Shown: one piece after another, positions 29,107-39,201 of the stretch | Numbering within the stretch: position 1 is the stretch's first letter | Layout of the letters: every line of letters starts with the position of its first letter | NCBI GenBank assembly: GCA_963807165.1 | Contig: CAWDZM010000001.1 | Coordinates: forward strand, 417,521-481,520 | Origin: an uncultured bacterium | Lineage (GTDB): Bacteria; Patescibacteriota; Minisyncoccia; UBA6257; 2-01-FULL-56-20 | DNA: 64,000 nt | Reading direction: 5' to 3' | Position numbers and translations under genes: made by a program | The notes under the pieces: model-generated | The model's database searches: none | What the model was told of the DNA's origin: nothing | What the model saw: only the letters and a program-made list of their open reading frames with translations

Positions 29107-30238
29107 TTAATACTGGCCGCCTCTTTCGTTCTTCAACTTCTCAAGGATATTTTTGAGCTCCTCTTCCGAAAAGAACGTGATGGTGATCTTGCCGTTGTTC
29201 GCGTTCTTGCTGATTTCAACGGGTGCACCGAGCGAAGTGCTCAACTCATCCTGCATCGCCTTCACTTCCGGCTCAAGATGCATGGCCTGAAGCGGCGGCC
29301 GGCCACGCCGGTGCGCAACGGATCCACCCGCCGCAACCGTGCCCGCGAACGTGCGCTGAACCCGCTCCTTAACATCACGCGTCGTCAGTTTGTTCTGAAT
29401 GATATCTTCCAACAACGCCTTTTGCGCCACCGAGTCTTCGATCGCGATCAACAGCCGCGCGTTGCTTTCGGAAAGCTGGCCTTCTTCCACCGCACGCTGG
29501 ACGTATTCCGGAAGATCGAGCAAACGCACCGCATTTGCCACCACCTCACGGCTCTTGCCGAGCTTGGCCGCGATCTCACGCTGGGTCATGCGGAACTCTT
29601 CTTGTAGACGTTGGAACGCGCGCGCCATTTCGATCGGATTCAAATTTTCACGTTGGATATTTTCGATAACCCCCAGCTCCAATTTTTCCCGCTCAAGATT
29701 GATATTACGCACGATCGCGGGAACGCGCGGAAGCCCGAGCATCTTCGCCGCCATGAAACCGACGCTCCCCCGCAATGATCTGATACGTGACTGCGATACC
29801 GGTCGACGTTTCTCTTTCCACCTTCGATACCACGAGCGGCTGAAGGAATCCAAATTCTCTTATTGAACTTGCGAGTTCATGGAGGGCGTCCTGATCAAAA
29901 TGTCGGCGCGGTTGATCCGGGTTCGGCGTGATCTTTTCGATCTCAATATGAAAAATAGATTCCTGCGCGAGATCGTCGCGCTTTTGCGGTTGTACTACCG
30001 GCTGTTGAACAGATTGTGTTACTGGCTGTACGGGTGGCACGAAACTCGGACGTGGTTGCGGCTGGGGTTGCGGCTGAAACGTGGGCGGTGTTGCCTGCGG
30101 TGGAAGCGCCTGCTCCACAGGCCGTCCTGGCAAAAAATTATCGCTACGCGCAGGCGCACCATCAGGCAACGCCGTACCCGAGCCTTGGCTCTGATTATTA
30201 TTTTTTGGTATCAACGATTCGAGTCCTTTTCCTAACAT
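29107..30238 (-). CDS. parB: Chromosome partitioning protein ParB; one frameshift.
   Basis: The N-terminus MLGKGLESLIP, the IIAGERRF box and the HTH region are present. A Pro/Gln-rich linker is included. An extra base lies in the homopolymer at about 29790. Confidence 0.8.
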
Positions 30239-30248
30239 GATCTTAGAT

Positions 30249-31073
30249 TTAAATATTGAAGTTTCCAAAATTTTCGCTTGCGACCGGCGTTGCCGCTTCC
30301 CCGGCAAGTGTGATCTCCTGCGCGATCACCTCGCGCGCGAGCCGCTCATACGCCTGCGCGCCCGGCGAGTCGGGACGATACAAGATGATCGGCTTGGAAA
30401 AGCTCGGCGCCTCGGCGAGCGCAACCGCGCGCGGCACTTCCACCTCGAACACGTGATGAGGAAAATGACGCCGGATATTTTTCGAAACCTCGCGACTCAG
30501 ATGCTCGCGCTTGTCGTACATCGTGATCACCGCGCCAGACACGCGGATCGGGTGCGCAAGGTTGTCGCGGATTAAGTTGACCGTCTCGAGCAACTGACCA
30601 AGTCCTTCCAAACTATAATATTCCGTCTGCACCGGAATCAACACCTCATCCGCGGCCACCATGCCGTTCACGGTGAGCAGGCTCAAGCTCGGTGGAAGGT
30701 CGATCAGAATATAATCATAATCATGCCGTACGCGGTTAACAAACTTGCGCAAAAAATATTCGCGCTCCGGAACGTTCACGAGTTCCACGAGCGCGCCGGC
30801 AAGGTGTGGCGCCGACGGCACGTAGTGATAATTATAGATGACACTCGGCTTGATGATCTGCTCAGGCGTCAGCTGGTCAAGGATGCCATGATAGACACTT
30901 CCCTCGCCTGCCATCTGGTTATGACCGAGCGCCGAGCTCGCATTGGCCTGCGGGTCAAAATCGATCAGAAGCACACGCTTGCCTCCGGCGGCAAGATACG
31001 CTCCCAAATTTACGGCCGTGGTGGTCTTCCCGACACCACCCTTCTGATTACAGATCGCGATAACACGTGCCAT
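30249..31073 (-). CDS. parA: ParA/Soj partitioning ATPase.
   Basis: The deviant Walker A motif KGGVGKTTTAVNLGA is present. Confidence 0.9.
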   Translation of the reverse strand: MARVIAICNQKGGVGKTTTAVNLGAYLAAGGKRVLLIDFDPQANASSALGHNQMAGEGSVYHGILDQLTPEQIIKPSVIYNYHYVPSAPHLAGALVELVNVPEREYFLRKFVNRVRHDYDYILIDLPPSLSLLTVNGMVAADEVLIPVQTEYYSLEGLGQLLETVNLIRDNLAHPIRVSGAVITMYDKREHLSREVSKNIRRHFPHHVFEVEVPRAVALAEAPSFSKPIILYRPDSPGAQAYERLAREVIAQEITLAGEAATPVASENFGNFNI

Positions 31074-31153
31074 GTTACCTTGATTTTACCTTTATAAATG
31101 ACTATTATCAATTGTGCCAGTGTGTCGAATAAAAGCACATTCGATAAACTAAT

Positions 31154-31237
31154 GCCCAGGTGGTGAAATGGTTATACACGATGGACTCAAAATCCATTGG
31201 CCGCAAGGCCGTGCGAGTTCGACTCTCGCCCTGGGCA
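31154..31237 (+). tRNA. tRNA-Leu (CAA).
   Basis: It has a long variable arm, anticodon loop CTCAAAA and T-loop TTCGACT. Confidence 0.85.
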
Positions 31238-31239
31238 CA

Positions 31240-31760
31240 CAGTGAAAAATTGCAAATCCCCAGAAGCCGCCGCAAGCGGCTCGGCGGCCAGTGCGTATTG
31301 TAATTTGGGGGCAAACGAGAATTCGCGGTTTCGCAAAATATGGTTCGAGCTGATGTTTTTAAGAAATGTTGTCATTGATTTCGTATCTCCACTCTCAAGT
31401 AGTTTAGCGGCTTGATTAAGCGATAGAACGAACTCGCGGGCTGGTTCGAGCCATGACGCCCCTCTCTGTTTAATGTCCGATATTTTTTTCCTCAAGCCGT
31501 ACTTTTTCAGATACGATGCGATTTTTCTTGGCGGCGTACTCCGTTTTGGATAGGTCATCGGAAAGAAAAGCGTCCAGTAGTTTTTCGAGCTTGGCCTCGT
31601 GTTCCATTATTTCCGCCTTGAGGACGTCCACCCATCTCTGGAAAGAGTGACTCCCATCCCATCGATATCTTGTATTTCTGTTAGTTCATGATATAGTCCG
31701 AGCAGTAGTCCAACTTCACTCATTCGCCTCTCTTAAGGAGGCTTCGGAGGACAACATGAA
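31240..31760 (-). pseudogene. Remnant of a large serine recombinase C-terminal coiled-coil region.
   Basis: Two frames together read MEHEAKLEKLLDAFLSDDLSKTEYAAKKNRIVSEKVRLEEKISDIKQRGASWLEPAREF...TTFLKNISSNHILRNREF. The catalytic domain is missing. The region is AT-rich. Confidence 0.45.
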
Positions 31761-32301
31761 AGTGTATATGGTATTCCCAAGCATCGATGAGGTAACCGAC
31801 TTCAACTGGCTTCTCCTAAGGATTCAGGAGAGCATCATCCGATTCTTGCCCGTCCCAGAGGATATCCCCTGGAAACTAGCGATAACATTCAGCAATCTAG
31901 ACCGACAAGGCCAGGGAACACTGAAGATCTCCGTGACGGAAGGAAGCAAGCTGAAGGCAAAGACCATGAACGACGTCCCCTTTTCTATTATTGGCGGATG
32001 CTCGATGCATCAGTTCTCGGCGCTACTCAGCAGTGAGCTGGCAAAGTTTGTCTTTTCCTTGGCTCAAGGGAAGGTAAAATGGCATCCCAATAGTCCATTC
32101 CCGGATATTACCTTCTGGAATGCATGTGCGATAGAGGAATCTTATCGAATCTCTCTCGCCGGGTTTCGGGAGAGCGTTGGCGATCATTCCACAACCGGAC
32201 CTGAGAGAAAAGAGGAATGCCCGGACTGCGGTCATCCGCTGGAGCAGGTAGGAAGCACATTCGCCTGCCCACAATGCACTACCCAATGGTTTCAGGGCTG
32301 A
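31756..32301 (+). CDS. Hypothetical protein with a C-terminal zinc ribbon.
   Basis: The protein is 181 aa and ends with CPDCGHPLEQVGSTFACPQC. It lies in the low-GC island beside tRNA-Leu. Confidence 0.45.
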   Translation: MKVYMVFPSIDEVTDFNWLLLRIQESIIRFLPVPEDIPWKLAITFSNLDRQGQGTLKISVTEGSKLKAKTMNDVPFSIIGGCSMHQFSALLSSELAKFVFSLAQGKVKWHPNSPFPDITFWNACAIEESYRISLAGFRESVGDHSTTGPERKEECPDCGHPLEQVGSTFACPQCTTQWFQG

Positions 32302-32510
32302 TAACCATTTCGAGGCAGTAATCTCACTACGAGATTGCTGCCTGTTTTTTATCTCCTTTCCCAAATCCAGATATGAGTCGAACCCTGAAACCACGTTTTG
32401 CAAGAAAAACAATAGCTCAAAGAGGAGTTTTGATTCGGCGAACATCAAGAGTATGTAAGGTGCTATAATCCTTAAAAGGTCGCTGCTCACATTACTCTCA
32501 TTATAAAAAC

Positions 32511-32666
32511 ATGGTAAAAGGAAACTTTATTGGTGCGGCGATCGTTGCGATAATCTACACGATCTATATTTTGGTGAAGCCGCTTCCGTCGCGCCCGCAA
32601 GAAGCATTGGTGCTGGTGGTCCTGAACGCTTTGACGATCATATTGTTGTCTTTCGCATTCAAATAG
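32511..32666 (+). CDS. Small membrane protein of 51 aa.
   Basis: An extended -10 box TGCTATAAT lies at 32461. The product, MVKGNFIGAAIVAIIYTIYILVKPL..., is hydrophobic. It is below the size cutoff of the ORF track. Confidence 0.3.
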   Translation: MVKGNFIGAAIVAIIYTIYILVKPLPSRPQEALVLVVLNALTIILLSFAFK

Positions 32667-32937
32667 AGAAAGGGCAGAACAAGTATTTGCCACCGGATAT
32701 TAGCGGGTATCCCCTAATCCAAAGACCCCAATCCCACAAAGAGAATCTTTCCGTGGCAAACTTTTTGATGCTCATCAAGCGCATCAAAAGTCTGTTTATT
32801 CTCCTCCGAATTCTTTAATCGCCAGAGTATCGTTTGAAAGTCCCGCCATCGCGTCGGATTTTTTTGGTCCGTGAACGATGCGGAAATTCTTTTCGCACAT
32901 TTCGCAATGCAATCCTATGAATCGTGCCATGTGATGA

Positions 32938-33963
32938 TTATACCTTAAAGCTCCATCCTCCATGCGGCATAAGTGCCACCGTCGGTGCCTTGCTGCGCCG
33001 CCGCATACTTTTCGGCAATGACTTTAGTGATCGGGCCGGGCACCGCCGGCGCGCCCGCGCCCCCGCCCGCAACACGCGCCCCGCAACACTCGCAGCGCCA
33101 CCACCCACCGGCCGCTTATCCACCGACACGATCGGCGTGATGCGCGCGGAACTGCCGGAGATGAACGCCTCGTCGGCGATGTAGAGCTCCGTGCGATCCA
33201 CGGTGCGCTCTTCCACCGGAATCCCCGCATCGCGGGCGATCGCGATAACACTCGCGCGCGTGATGCCTTCCAAAATATCCACGCTCACGCCGGGCGTGAT
33301 GAGCACGCCGTTACGCACGATAAAAATATTAGCGACGGTCGCTTCTGTCACCCGCCCGCGTACGTCGAGCACGATCGCATCATCGTAGCCATTCAGGATC
33401 GCCTCGTTCTTGATGAGCGAATTATTCACATACCCGCCGTTCACTTTCGCCCGCGAAGGGATCACGTTATCAAAATTATGCGTCCAACTGGAGACGCACA
33501 CATTCACACCCGCGCGCGGAAGGATCTGTCCCATCGGATAGATATATGCGGATAGCGAGTGCGGAAGATCATGGATCTTCGTCCCCGCAATGAGCGCGTC
33601 AACGAACACCGTCACGCGCACAAGTACGTCCTCATTGCCGATGGCAGTAGCATTCCGGGCAAGCAATTCTTTCATCGTCGCCTCGAACTTTTCGTACGGC
33701 CACGCCACGGCAAACTTATTGAAGTCCATGATTGCGGCGGAATTCACCAATCGCCGGTAATGATCTTTTAATCGAAACGCATAATGTTTTTTATCCGTCT
33801 CGTTCCAGTTAACACTGAACACCGTATATACCGAGAGGCCGTAGAGCACCGGCGAGCTTGCGATACTCACGTTGGCCGCCGTAAACGGTACGAACGCATC
33901 GCGGAGAAATGATTGACCAGTGGTGTAATCGAAGGAGGGCATTGCAGTGATTTTATTATACAC
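32938..33963 (-). CDS. Class IV aminotransferase (branched-chain or D-amino-acid type).
   Basis: The PLP fold-type IV core is present. The conserved C-terminus GPITKVIAEKY...WRMEL is in another frame, ending at about 32953, after a GC-rich segment. Confidence 0.75.
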   Translation of the reverse strand: MYNKITAMPSFDYTTGQSFLRDAFVPFTAANVSIASSPVLYGLSVYTVFSVNWNETDKKHYAFRLKDHYRRLVNSAAIMDFNKFAVAWPYEKFEATMKELLARNATAIGNEDVLVRVTVFVDALIAGTKIHDLPHSLSAYIYPMGQILPRAGVNVCVSSWTHNFDNVIPSRAKVNGGYVNNSLIKNEAILNGYDDAIVLDVRGRVTEATVANIFIVRNGVLITPGVSVDILEGITRASVIAIARDAGIPVEERTVDRTELYIADEAFISGSSARITPIVSVDKRPVGGGAASVAGRVLRAGARARRRCPARSLKSLPKSMRRRSKAPTVALMPHGGWSFKV

Positions 33964-33982
33964 CTACCCCCTATTTTGTCTG

Positions 33983-34067
33983 TGCCCAGGGCCGGACTCG
34001 AACCGGCAAGGCCTTGCGGCCACGACATTTTAAGTGTCGCGCGTCTAACCAATTTCGCCACCCGGGC
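33983..34067 (-). tRNA. tRNA-Leu (TAA).
   Basis: It has a long variable arm and anticodon loop CTTAAAA. Confidence 0.85.
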
Positions 34068-34092
34068 ATTTTTTATCTTTCCCTCATGAATG

Positions 34093-34165
34093 AGGCCACG
34101 GCGGGATTTGCACCCACGAATCGCGGTTTTGCAGACCGCTGTGTTAGCTACTTCACCACGTGGCC
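34093..34165 (-). tRNA. tRNA-Cys (GCA).
   Basis: Anticodon loop CTGCAAA is found with a 7-bp acceptor stem. The T-loop reads TGCAAAT, which is unusual. Confidence 0.7.
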
Positions 34166-34171
34166 ATGGCC

Positions 34172-34537
34172 TTATTCTTCCGACCCATCTCCGTCCTCCT
34201 CCCGAGCCTTAATAGTATCCTGCCCTAGTAATTTTTCAACCAGCGCGGCATTCTCGAACCCGTGATCGAGGTCGAAGAAGATCCGCGGCATCGGTTTGAT
34301 ATTTATTTTCCGAAGCATCAGATATTGGAAATGTCCCGCATGAGCGGCCAATATTGCGAGCACATTCTCGCCTTCCTTCGCCGGGATCACACTCACCTTC
34401 ACCCGCGCGCCATCCAGCTTTTTATCAACCTCCACTTCAGTGATGGTCGCAAGCGCGGGAAGTTCCACTTCGCGAAGGATCATCTTCGAAAGCTCCTCGC
34501 GTATCAATTTTCCCACCCGCTCGGAACGAAAGTTCAT
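34172..34537 (-). CDS. rbfA: Ribosome-binding factor A.
   Basis: The N-terminus RVGKLIREELSKMIL resembles RbfA. The gene lies downstream of infB. Confidence 0.8.
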   Translation of the reverse strand: MNFRSERVGKLIREELSKMILREVELPALATITEVEVDKKLDGARVKVSVIPAKEGENVLAILAAHAGHFQYLMLRKINIKPMPRIFFDLDHGFENAALVEKLLGQDTIKAREEDGDGSEE

Positions 34538-34568
34538 ATGATGATACGCCGCACCCGCGGCGCGTGAA

Positions 34569-36077
34569 TTATTTTCTGATCAATAATTTATCCCCCACCT
34601 GAATGACCGTTTGCGAATCGAGCAACACGCCGATCTCCTTTCCTTTTTCCGCCTGGAATATTTCGCTCTTGTTTTCGCGCAGGCCTAACACTTTTCCATT
34701 GCCTACCGGCGTCGAGCCGACGTGGCCGCGCACGATATCAAACGACATCTTTCCGCGGAATGTGCCGTTGATCACCCGGCCGCCCACCAATTGCTTCTGC
34801 GGCTTCTCCTGATTGAAGAGTGCGAGCACTTCGAGCTCACCCGCCGCGAGCGGTCCGCGCGCGCCGCTAAAGTATTCTTCCACCGCGGCAGAAAGATCGT
34901 ACACAATCTCCGACGTGATGACCGTCACCATCTGTGCGTCCGCCAACACCTTCGCGCCTTTTTCGATACGGTTTTTAAAACCGATGATCGTTGCCTTTGT
35001 CGCGATCGCGTGGCGAATATCGCCGTCCGTAATATCACCCACACCCTCCTCTACTATATTGATTTCCTTGCCGCCCTTCTGATCGATGCCGCGCAAGACG
35101 ACCGAGAGCGCCTCGAGCGATCCAGCATCGCCGGCCTTCAAGATCAAGTTGAGCGTGTTCGGCTTGGACTTCGCTATCTGATTAACCGCCATCACCGCGC
35201 CCGCTCCGGCCGTCGCTCCGCCTGCGCCCGACGTCCTTCCCGCCGCTCCCTCCGTCAATTCTCCCACCGCAAACTCCTCGCCCACCTTCGGGATCTTTTC
35301 AAAACCGATGATGACCGCGGGCGCGGATGGCTCAAGCGATGATACCGTTTTTCCTAAAAAACTTTCCAGAATCTTTACCTTGCCGGATGCGGTGCGCGTC
35401 TTGATCGCATCGCCGCGGCGCAACGTCCCGTTCCGTACGATCACCGCCGCCTCAATGCCGCGCTTTGGATCGCGCTTTGCCTCGAGCACAAAACCGGACG
35501 CTGGCACGGAAGGATCATACGTTAAGTCTTCCAGATCAGCGGAAAGGACGATCAGATCCAAAAGCTCCGGGATTCCCTCGCCCGTCTTTGCGGAGACCGC
35601 GCAGTAGCTTACCTGCCCGCCATAGCCTTCGAGCAACACACCCGCAGTCATCAGATCGTTGCGCGCCTTGTCTAAATTGCCGCCGGTCTTATCAACCTTG
35701 TTGATCGCGACGATGAACGGCGTCTTCGCCTCTTCTATGATCTTGATCGCTTCTTTTGTCTGTGGCTTCACGCCCTCGTCTGCAGCAATTACCAAAATCG
35801 CAAGATCAGCAACCTGCGCGCCGCGCGAACGCATAGCAGTGAACGCCTCGTGCCCGGGCGTATCAATGAAAGTAATTTTCCGATCGGCGTGTACTATTTC
35901 GTACGCAGCCGTTGCCTGCGTTATCCCTCCCGCTTCGCGCGCGGCGATATTCGCCTTGCGGATATAGTCGAGCAATGTCGTCTTGCCATGATCAACATGC
36001 CCCATCACGACGACGATCGGAGGTCGCTGTTGGAGGCCGGTCTTGATGGTAATATTTTTGAGTGTTTCTTTTGGCAT
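34569..36077 (-). CDS. infB: Translation initiation factor IF-2, short form.
   Basis: The G-domain [16 protein letters not shown] is present. The start is placed at MPKETLKN. Confidence 0.9.
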   Translation of the reverse strand: MPKETLKNITIKTGLQQRPPIVVVMGHVDHGKTTLLDYIRKANIAAREAGGITQATAAYEIVHADRKITFIDTPGHEAFTAMRSRGAQVADLAILVIAADEGVKPQTKEAIKIIEEAKTPFIVAINKVDKTGGNLDKARNDLMTAGVLLEGYGGQVSYCAVSAKTGEGIPELLDLIVLSADLEDLTYDPSVPASGFVLEAKRDPKRGIEAAVIVRNGTLRRGDAIKTRTASGKVKILESFLGKTVSSLEPSAPAVIIGFEKIPKVGEEFAVGELTEGAAGRTSGAGGATAGAGAVMAVNQIAKSKPNTLNLILKAGDAGSLEALSVVLRGIDQKGGKEINIVEEGVGDITDGDIRHAIATKATIIGFKNRIEKGAKVLADAQMVTVITSEIVYDLSAAVEEYFSGARGPLAAGELEVLALFNQEKPQKQLVGGRVINGTFRGKMSFDIVRGHVGSTPVGNGKVLGLRENKSEIFQAEKGKEIGVLLDSQTVIQVGDKLLIRK

Positions 36078-36193
36078 AAATAGATGGAGATAAAATGGAA
36101 ATATTAAAATTAGATTAACTTCCAAACTCCCACACATTATAGCAAAAAATCGGCTTTAATACAAGGAGCGCGATAAGAATACGATCCAATATC

Positions 36194-36370
36194 ATGCCCA
36201 GAAAATATAGCCCAAAAGCCCAGGAAAAAGTAGAAAAAGTGATGCACGAATTCAAGCGCGGCACGCTTAAGAGCGGCCGGAGCGGGAAGAAAGTGACGAA
36301 CCCCAAGCAGGCGGTCGCCATCGGTCTTTCCGAGGCGCGAAAGCGCGGGGCAAAGGTGCCAAGAAAATAG
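36194..36370 (+). CDS. Small basic protein of 58 aa.
   Basis: The product is MPRKYSPKAQEKVEKVMHEFKRGTLKSGRSGKKVTNPKQAVAIGLSEARKRGAKVPRK. Its codon usage looks coding. It is below the size cutoff of the ORF track. Confidence 0.45.
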   Translation: MPRKYSPKAQEKVEKVMHEFKRGTLKSGRSGKKVTNPKQAVAIGLSEARKRGAKVPRK

Positions 36371-36442
36371 CGCCGAGCCATTCATCCTCGGTTGATAAAT
36401 AAGGCCCGCTTTGATATGCTTCTAATGATTTTAGGAACAAGT

Positions 36443-36529
36443 GGAGGCGTGCTTGAGTGGCTGAAAAGAGCATCCTGCTAAGATGTTAACCGGGAAACCG
36501 GTTCGAAGGTTCGAATCCTTCCGCCTCCG
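36443..36529 (+). tRNA. tRNA-Ser (GCT).
   Basis: It has a long variable arm and anticodon loop CTGCTAA. Confidence 0.85.
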
Positions 36530-36746
36530 CACATTCGTTCGTTTGATTCACAGTAAATTCATTATGACGATCCTATTATGGATAGGATGAATAAAAAGAC
36601 CACCGTCATAATGTTCATAGCAACTTTTTCCGTCGCGGGGCTGGGCGCTTTGACGATGGGTTTTGCGGCATACGCCCTTTTATTACATCATGAGGATTAT
36701 GAAAATTGCATGAAGTCCCTTAAAAGAGACCCTCTCAACGCGTAGC

Positions 36747-37331
36747 CTACAGTAACGCACTCAAAACTTCTTCGGTTTTTCGTACCACCCCGATGCGCGG
36801 AAATGTTTTGGTGACGGTAAACGTATGTTCTTCAGCCGACATGGCAGCCATCGCATCCTCTGCGAAGATCTGATGGTAGCCGTATTCGTACGCAAAACGT
36901 GCAGTGCTTTCCACGCCGATATTGGTCGCGATACCACAGAGCACCATCGTCGTGATACCACGCCGGCGGAACTCCAAATCGAGCTCCGTACCGTAGAACG
37001 CACCCCATTGGTGTTTAGTGATCACAAAATCGCCGGGCTTCGGCCCCATCTCCGGAACGATCTCCGCCCAATCCGCCCCGGGGGTTTGCGTCCATGGCGG
37101 CGTGTCGGTGATCGGACGCAACGCATCCTTCCCGTCCGGCGACGGCGTCACCCGCACCAGAAACACCGGCATGCCATCTTTTCGAAATGCGTCCGCGAGC
37201 GCCGCCGCATTTTTAATGACCATCCCAGCATCATGCGGCGCGACTTCCCTGCCTGCGATCCCTTTTTGGAGATCAATGACTACGAGCGCGGTTTTTGTTT
37301 TATCAATAGAGAGGTTATTCATATATGTCAT
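36747..37331 (-). CDS. Isochorismatase-family hydrolase.
   Basis: ALVVIDLQKGIA matches the isochorismatase family, and the catalytic Cys in MVLCGIATNIGV is present. Confidence 0.8.
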   Translation of the reverse strand: MTYMNNLSIDKTKTALVVIDLQKGIAGREVAPHDAGMVIKNAAALADAFRKDGMPVFLVRVTPSPDGKDALRPITDTPPWTQTPGADWAEIVPEMGPKPGDFVITKHQWGAFYGTELDLEFRRRGITTMVLCGIATNIGVESTARFAYEYGYHQIFAEDAMAAMSAEEHTFTVTKTFPRIGVVRKTEEVLSALL

Positions 37332-37356
37332 ACTACCACGCCCACTAGGTTTTTTA

Positions 37357-38415
37357 TCATTGCGCGAACGGCGTTGCTCCGTGCCAGTCGGCGGTAAATG
37401 TTTTCATGAGTGATTCAATAATGCGTTGATCGGAGATCATAATCCCTAGCTCGCGATTATTATTGAGCGACCCTGCGGAAAAATTCTCCGACCCCAGGAA
37501 CGCGCGAGCTCCTGCGGTTTCACCATCAATAATAATCATCTTGGCGTGGATATAGAGCGGCGCATCATCTGCATCCGGATACGTGCGCACGTGAGCACCC
37601 GCAGTCGTAAGCTCTTCAAATTCCCACTTCCATTCGCTCGCGCCAGTCATATCCACATACACCCCAACACCGCGGCGGGCGGCATCGATGAGGGTTTTCG
37701 TTATAGCAGTATCAGCCATCTCCTCGTTGTATATATAGAGCGATTTTTTCGCACTATCAATCAACGCGATGAGCGGCGCTTCGGAACCGGGGCTCCAAAG
37801 TAAATCATCGCTGGCATCACCATTATTGCCACCGCGCGAAGCTCCTTCAGCAGAATCGTTCTCCCAATCATCGCCAAACGTGCGCTCCACCGCGGCGATG
37901 TCGCGCGCATCCTGATCAACGATCCCAAAATCGCGCCCCGTCATATAATATTTCGAGACCAGATTAAACGTCATAATAAGCGCGCGATTGCTGTCTACGA
38001 CAAGCGTTTTTTGGTGCGTCAGAGAAAAATATGCCGGCGACCATCGCACCGGCACGCCATGCGAAACCAAAAAATTATATGCCGCGCCATTCATGGTTGA
38101 GGATGCGCCGTTATATCCCGAACTTAAGATAACGCGCACCGCCACCCCCCGCTGTTCATCTGCCGCAAGTGCGGATTCGATCTGCGCATCGTCGAGCTCG
38201 TATATCACAAGATCAACTGACGTTGACGCTCCGCGGATCGTCGCCAGCACCGGCGCGATGCCATCATTCGGCTCGGTGATGAGCGCAAGCGAATCACTCG
38301 ATGAACCGTTCAATAAAATGTTCTTTTTGCGAAGAAGTGAAATCCGCTGAGTATTGATGATAAAAAAGATTAGCGCGGCAATAAAAATAATGATCCAAAA
38401 ATATTTTTTCTTCAT
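37357..38415 (-). CDS. Phospholipase D-family protein with two HKD motifs.
   Basis: The two HKD motifs are HQKTLVVDSN and HAKMIIIDGE. It has an N-terminal transmembrane segment. Confidence 0.8.
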   Translation of the reverse strand: MKKKYFWIIIFIAALIFFIINTQRISLLRKKNILLNGSSSDSLALITEPNDGIAPVLATIRGASTSVDLVIYELDDAQIESALAADEQRGVAVRVILSSGYNGASSTMNGAAYNFLVSHGVPVRWSPAYFSLTHQKTLVVDSNRALIMTFNLVSKYYMTGRDFGIVDQDARDIAAVERTFGDDWENDSAEGASRGGNNGDASDDLLWSPGSEAPLIALIDSAKKSLYIYNEEMADTAITKTLIDAARRGVGVYVDMTGASEWKWEFEELTTAGAHVRTYPDADDAPLYIHAKMIIIDGETAGARAFLGSENFSAGSLNNNRELGIMISDQRIIESLMKTFTADWHGATPFAQ

Positions 38416-38548
38416 CCATCAACCATATCATTCGCGCATTAAAAAAATATTAACTGCGCTGGAATACACCTTCCACCATGCAAACATTGACTAATCCCAA
38501 TTTTATTGTTAATATATAGATAGGTATGATTTTGTAAGACAGGAGAAA

Positions 38549-38899
38549 GTGATGATAAAACGAGTGGTGCTTGTTTCTTTCTGGATCATCTTGCTGGCGG
38601 CGCTAACAACGCCCCAATGGACAAAGATGGTAAACCATCATGTCCCAAACGAGCGGTTAGCGCCCGTAGGATGGGTGATCGATACGTTTCCCAGCGTCCA
38701 TGGCGCAACAACGTTTTACCTTTCAGCAGATGGCCCGGAGTACAAACCCGTCGCCTTCCATGGAGGGATAGGAGGAATAAGCCTCCCGCAAGTGCAAGAT
38801 TATGTCATCAACAATCCGCCAGCCACGAGAGACCGTTCAGGTTCAGGTGCACGAAAGTGCATTTTTTTGTTGCCATGCATGATGAAAGTATCAAACTAA
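38549..38899 (+). CDS. Hypothetical exported protein.
   Basis: It has a signal-like N-terminus. Its coding status is uncertain. Confidence 0.25.
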   Translation: MMIKRVVLVSFWIILLAALTTPQWTKMVNHHVPNERLAPVGWVIDTFPSVHGATTFYLSADGPEYKPVAFHGGIGGISLPQVQDYVINNPPATRDRSGSGARKCIFLLPCMMKVSN

Positions 38900-38920
38900 C
38901 CAGTTAGTTGGTGGTATATA

Positions 38921-39187
38921 TTGCATGTTATACTCAAAAAACAAGGCATGAAAAAGCATCTCATCGAGATTGTCGGTTGGTATGGAACTGCGGCTATTCT
39001 CCTCGCTTACGCTCTGGTGAGTTTTTCAGTCATCAGCCCAATCAACCTTTGGTATCAACTGCTCAACGCAACGGGAGCGATTGGCATCGTCGTGGTTTCA
39101 TTTGCCAAAAAAGCGTACCCGCCTGGCGTACTGAATATCGTTTGGACCATTATCGCTCTGATTGCGATCGCAAGGATGGCCTTCTGA
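38921..39187 (+). CDS. Small membrane protein of 88 aa.
   Basis: Two predicted transmembrane helices are present. It lies immediately upstream of the transposase. Confidence 0.35.
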   Translation: MHVILKKQGMKKHLIEIVGWYGTAAILLAYALVSFSVISPINLWYQLLNATGAIGIVVVSFAKKAYPPGVLNIVWTIIALIAIARMAF

Positions 39188-39201
39188 CATTTTTCGCAGT
39201 C

